Assembly (NCBI RefSeq): GCF_001194135.2
Contig: NC_068998.1
Location: 24,190,313 to 24,254,312, forward strand
DNA: 64,000 bases
Source of the DNA: Octopus bimaculoides
Lineage: Eukaryota
Reading direction: 5' to 3'
Position numbers and translations under genes: made by a program. Below the pieces are notes generated by a model that worked only from the letters and a program-made list of their open reading frames with translations, did no database searches and was not told the DNA's origin. Numbering within the stretch: the stretch's first letter is position 1; the number at the start of each line of letters is the position of its first letter. Positions 63,531 to 64,000 of the stretch are shown piece after piece.

Positions 63531-64000
63531 AGCAAATATCAATGTTATAAAATTCAATCTAGAAGCTATAGTTCCATATTACACAATTATATCTTTGTAT
63601 ATAGTTTCAAATACATTGTATAAGATTCATTAATCTCATTTTAAATTGAATTATAAAAATAAATCTAATCTGTATTGGCATCACTTCTATAAAGTCTATA
63701 CCAGCAAAAATATCCAAGCATTACCTGGAAAATATTTTAGATTATAGAATATATAACAGAAACTCATTATGTCTGCAGTTTATTGTTTTCTTTTATTATT
63801 TACTTGCTTGTTTTATATTCTTTATATATATTTATTTATCTATTTTTTCCTAAGAAAGTTTTCATGGCTTTACCTTATATACAGCTAGATTTATTGAAGC
63901 TTAACTTTGATATGAGTCCACAAATTTTGAAGAAGTGAGAAAGTCCCTTATCTGGCTGCCATTTGTTGACAGGTAATTATTTTCTTGACACCAGAAGGAT

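Overview
AT-rich, repeat-saturated animal DNA from a gapped short-read scaffold (nine N gaps). The SINE families look like those I recall from octopod cephalopods, probably Octopus; this is recognition, not a database result. I found no host protein-coding exon I can support: most listed ORFs are microsatellite read-throughs, N-gap artefacts or chance frames in repeats. The window holds dozens of tRNA-derived SINE copies from several families, MITEs (hAT, mariner, piggyBac-like, Helitron-like) and decayed autonomous elements. The autonomous relics are a BED-finger hAT transposase, a DD37D (maT) transposase, RTE LINEs, an R4/Dong-type restriction-endonuclease LINE, a CR1/Jockey 3' end and a Penelope GIY-YIG endonuclease. 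The most interesting signal is a tRNA-headed non-autonomous element present twice (about 16.25-16.64 kb and 62.15-62.46 kb). It carries a minimal Penelope-type hammerhead ribozyme motif and, in both copies, an inverted duplication of its own head; one copy has a target-site duplication checkable against an empty paralogous site 1 kb away. This suggests a Pol III SINE/retrozyme hybrid mobilised by Penelope-like elements (inference). Element boundaries are read by eye and may be off by tens of bases unless TIRs or TSDs are cited.
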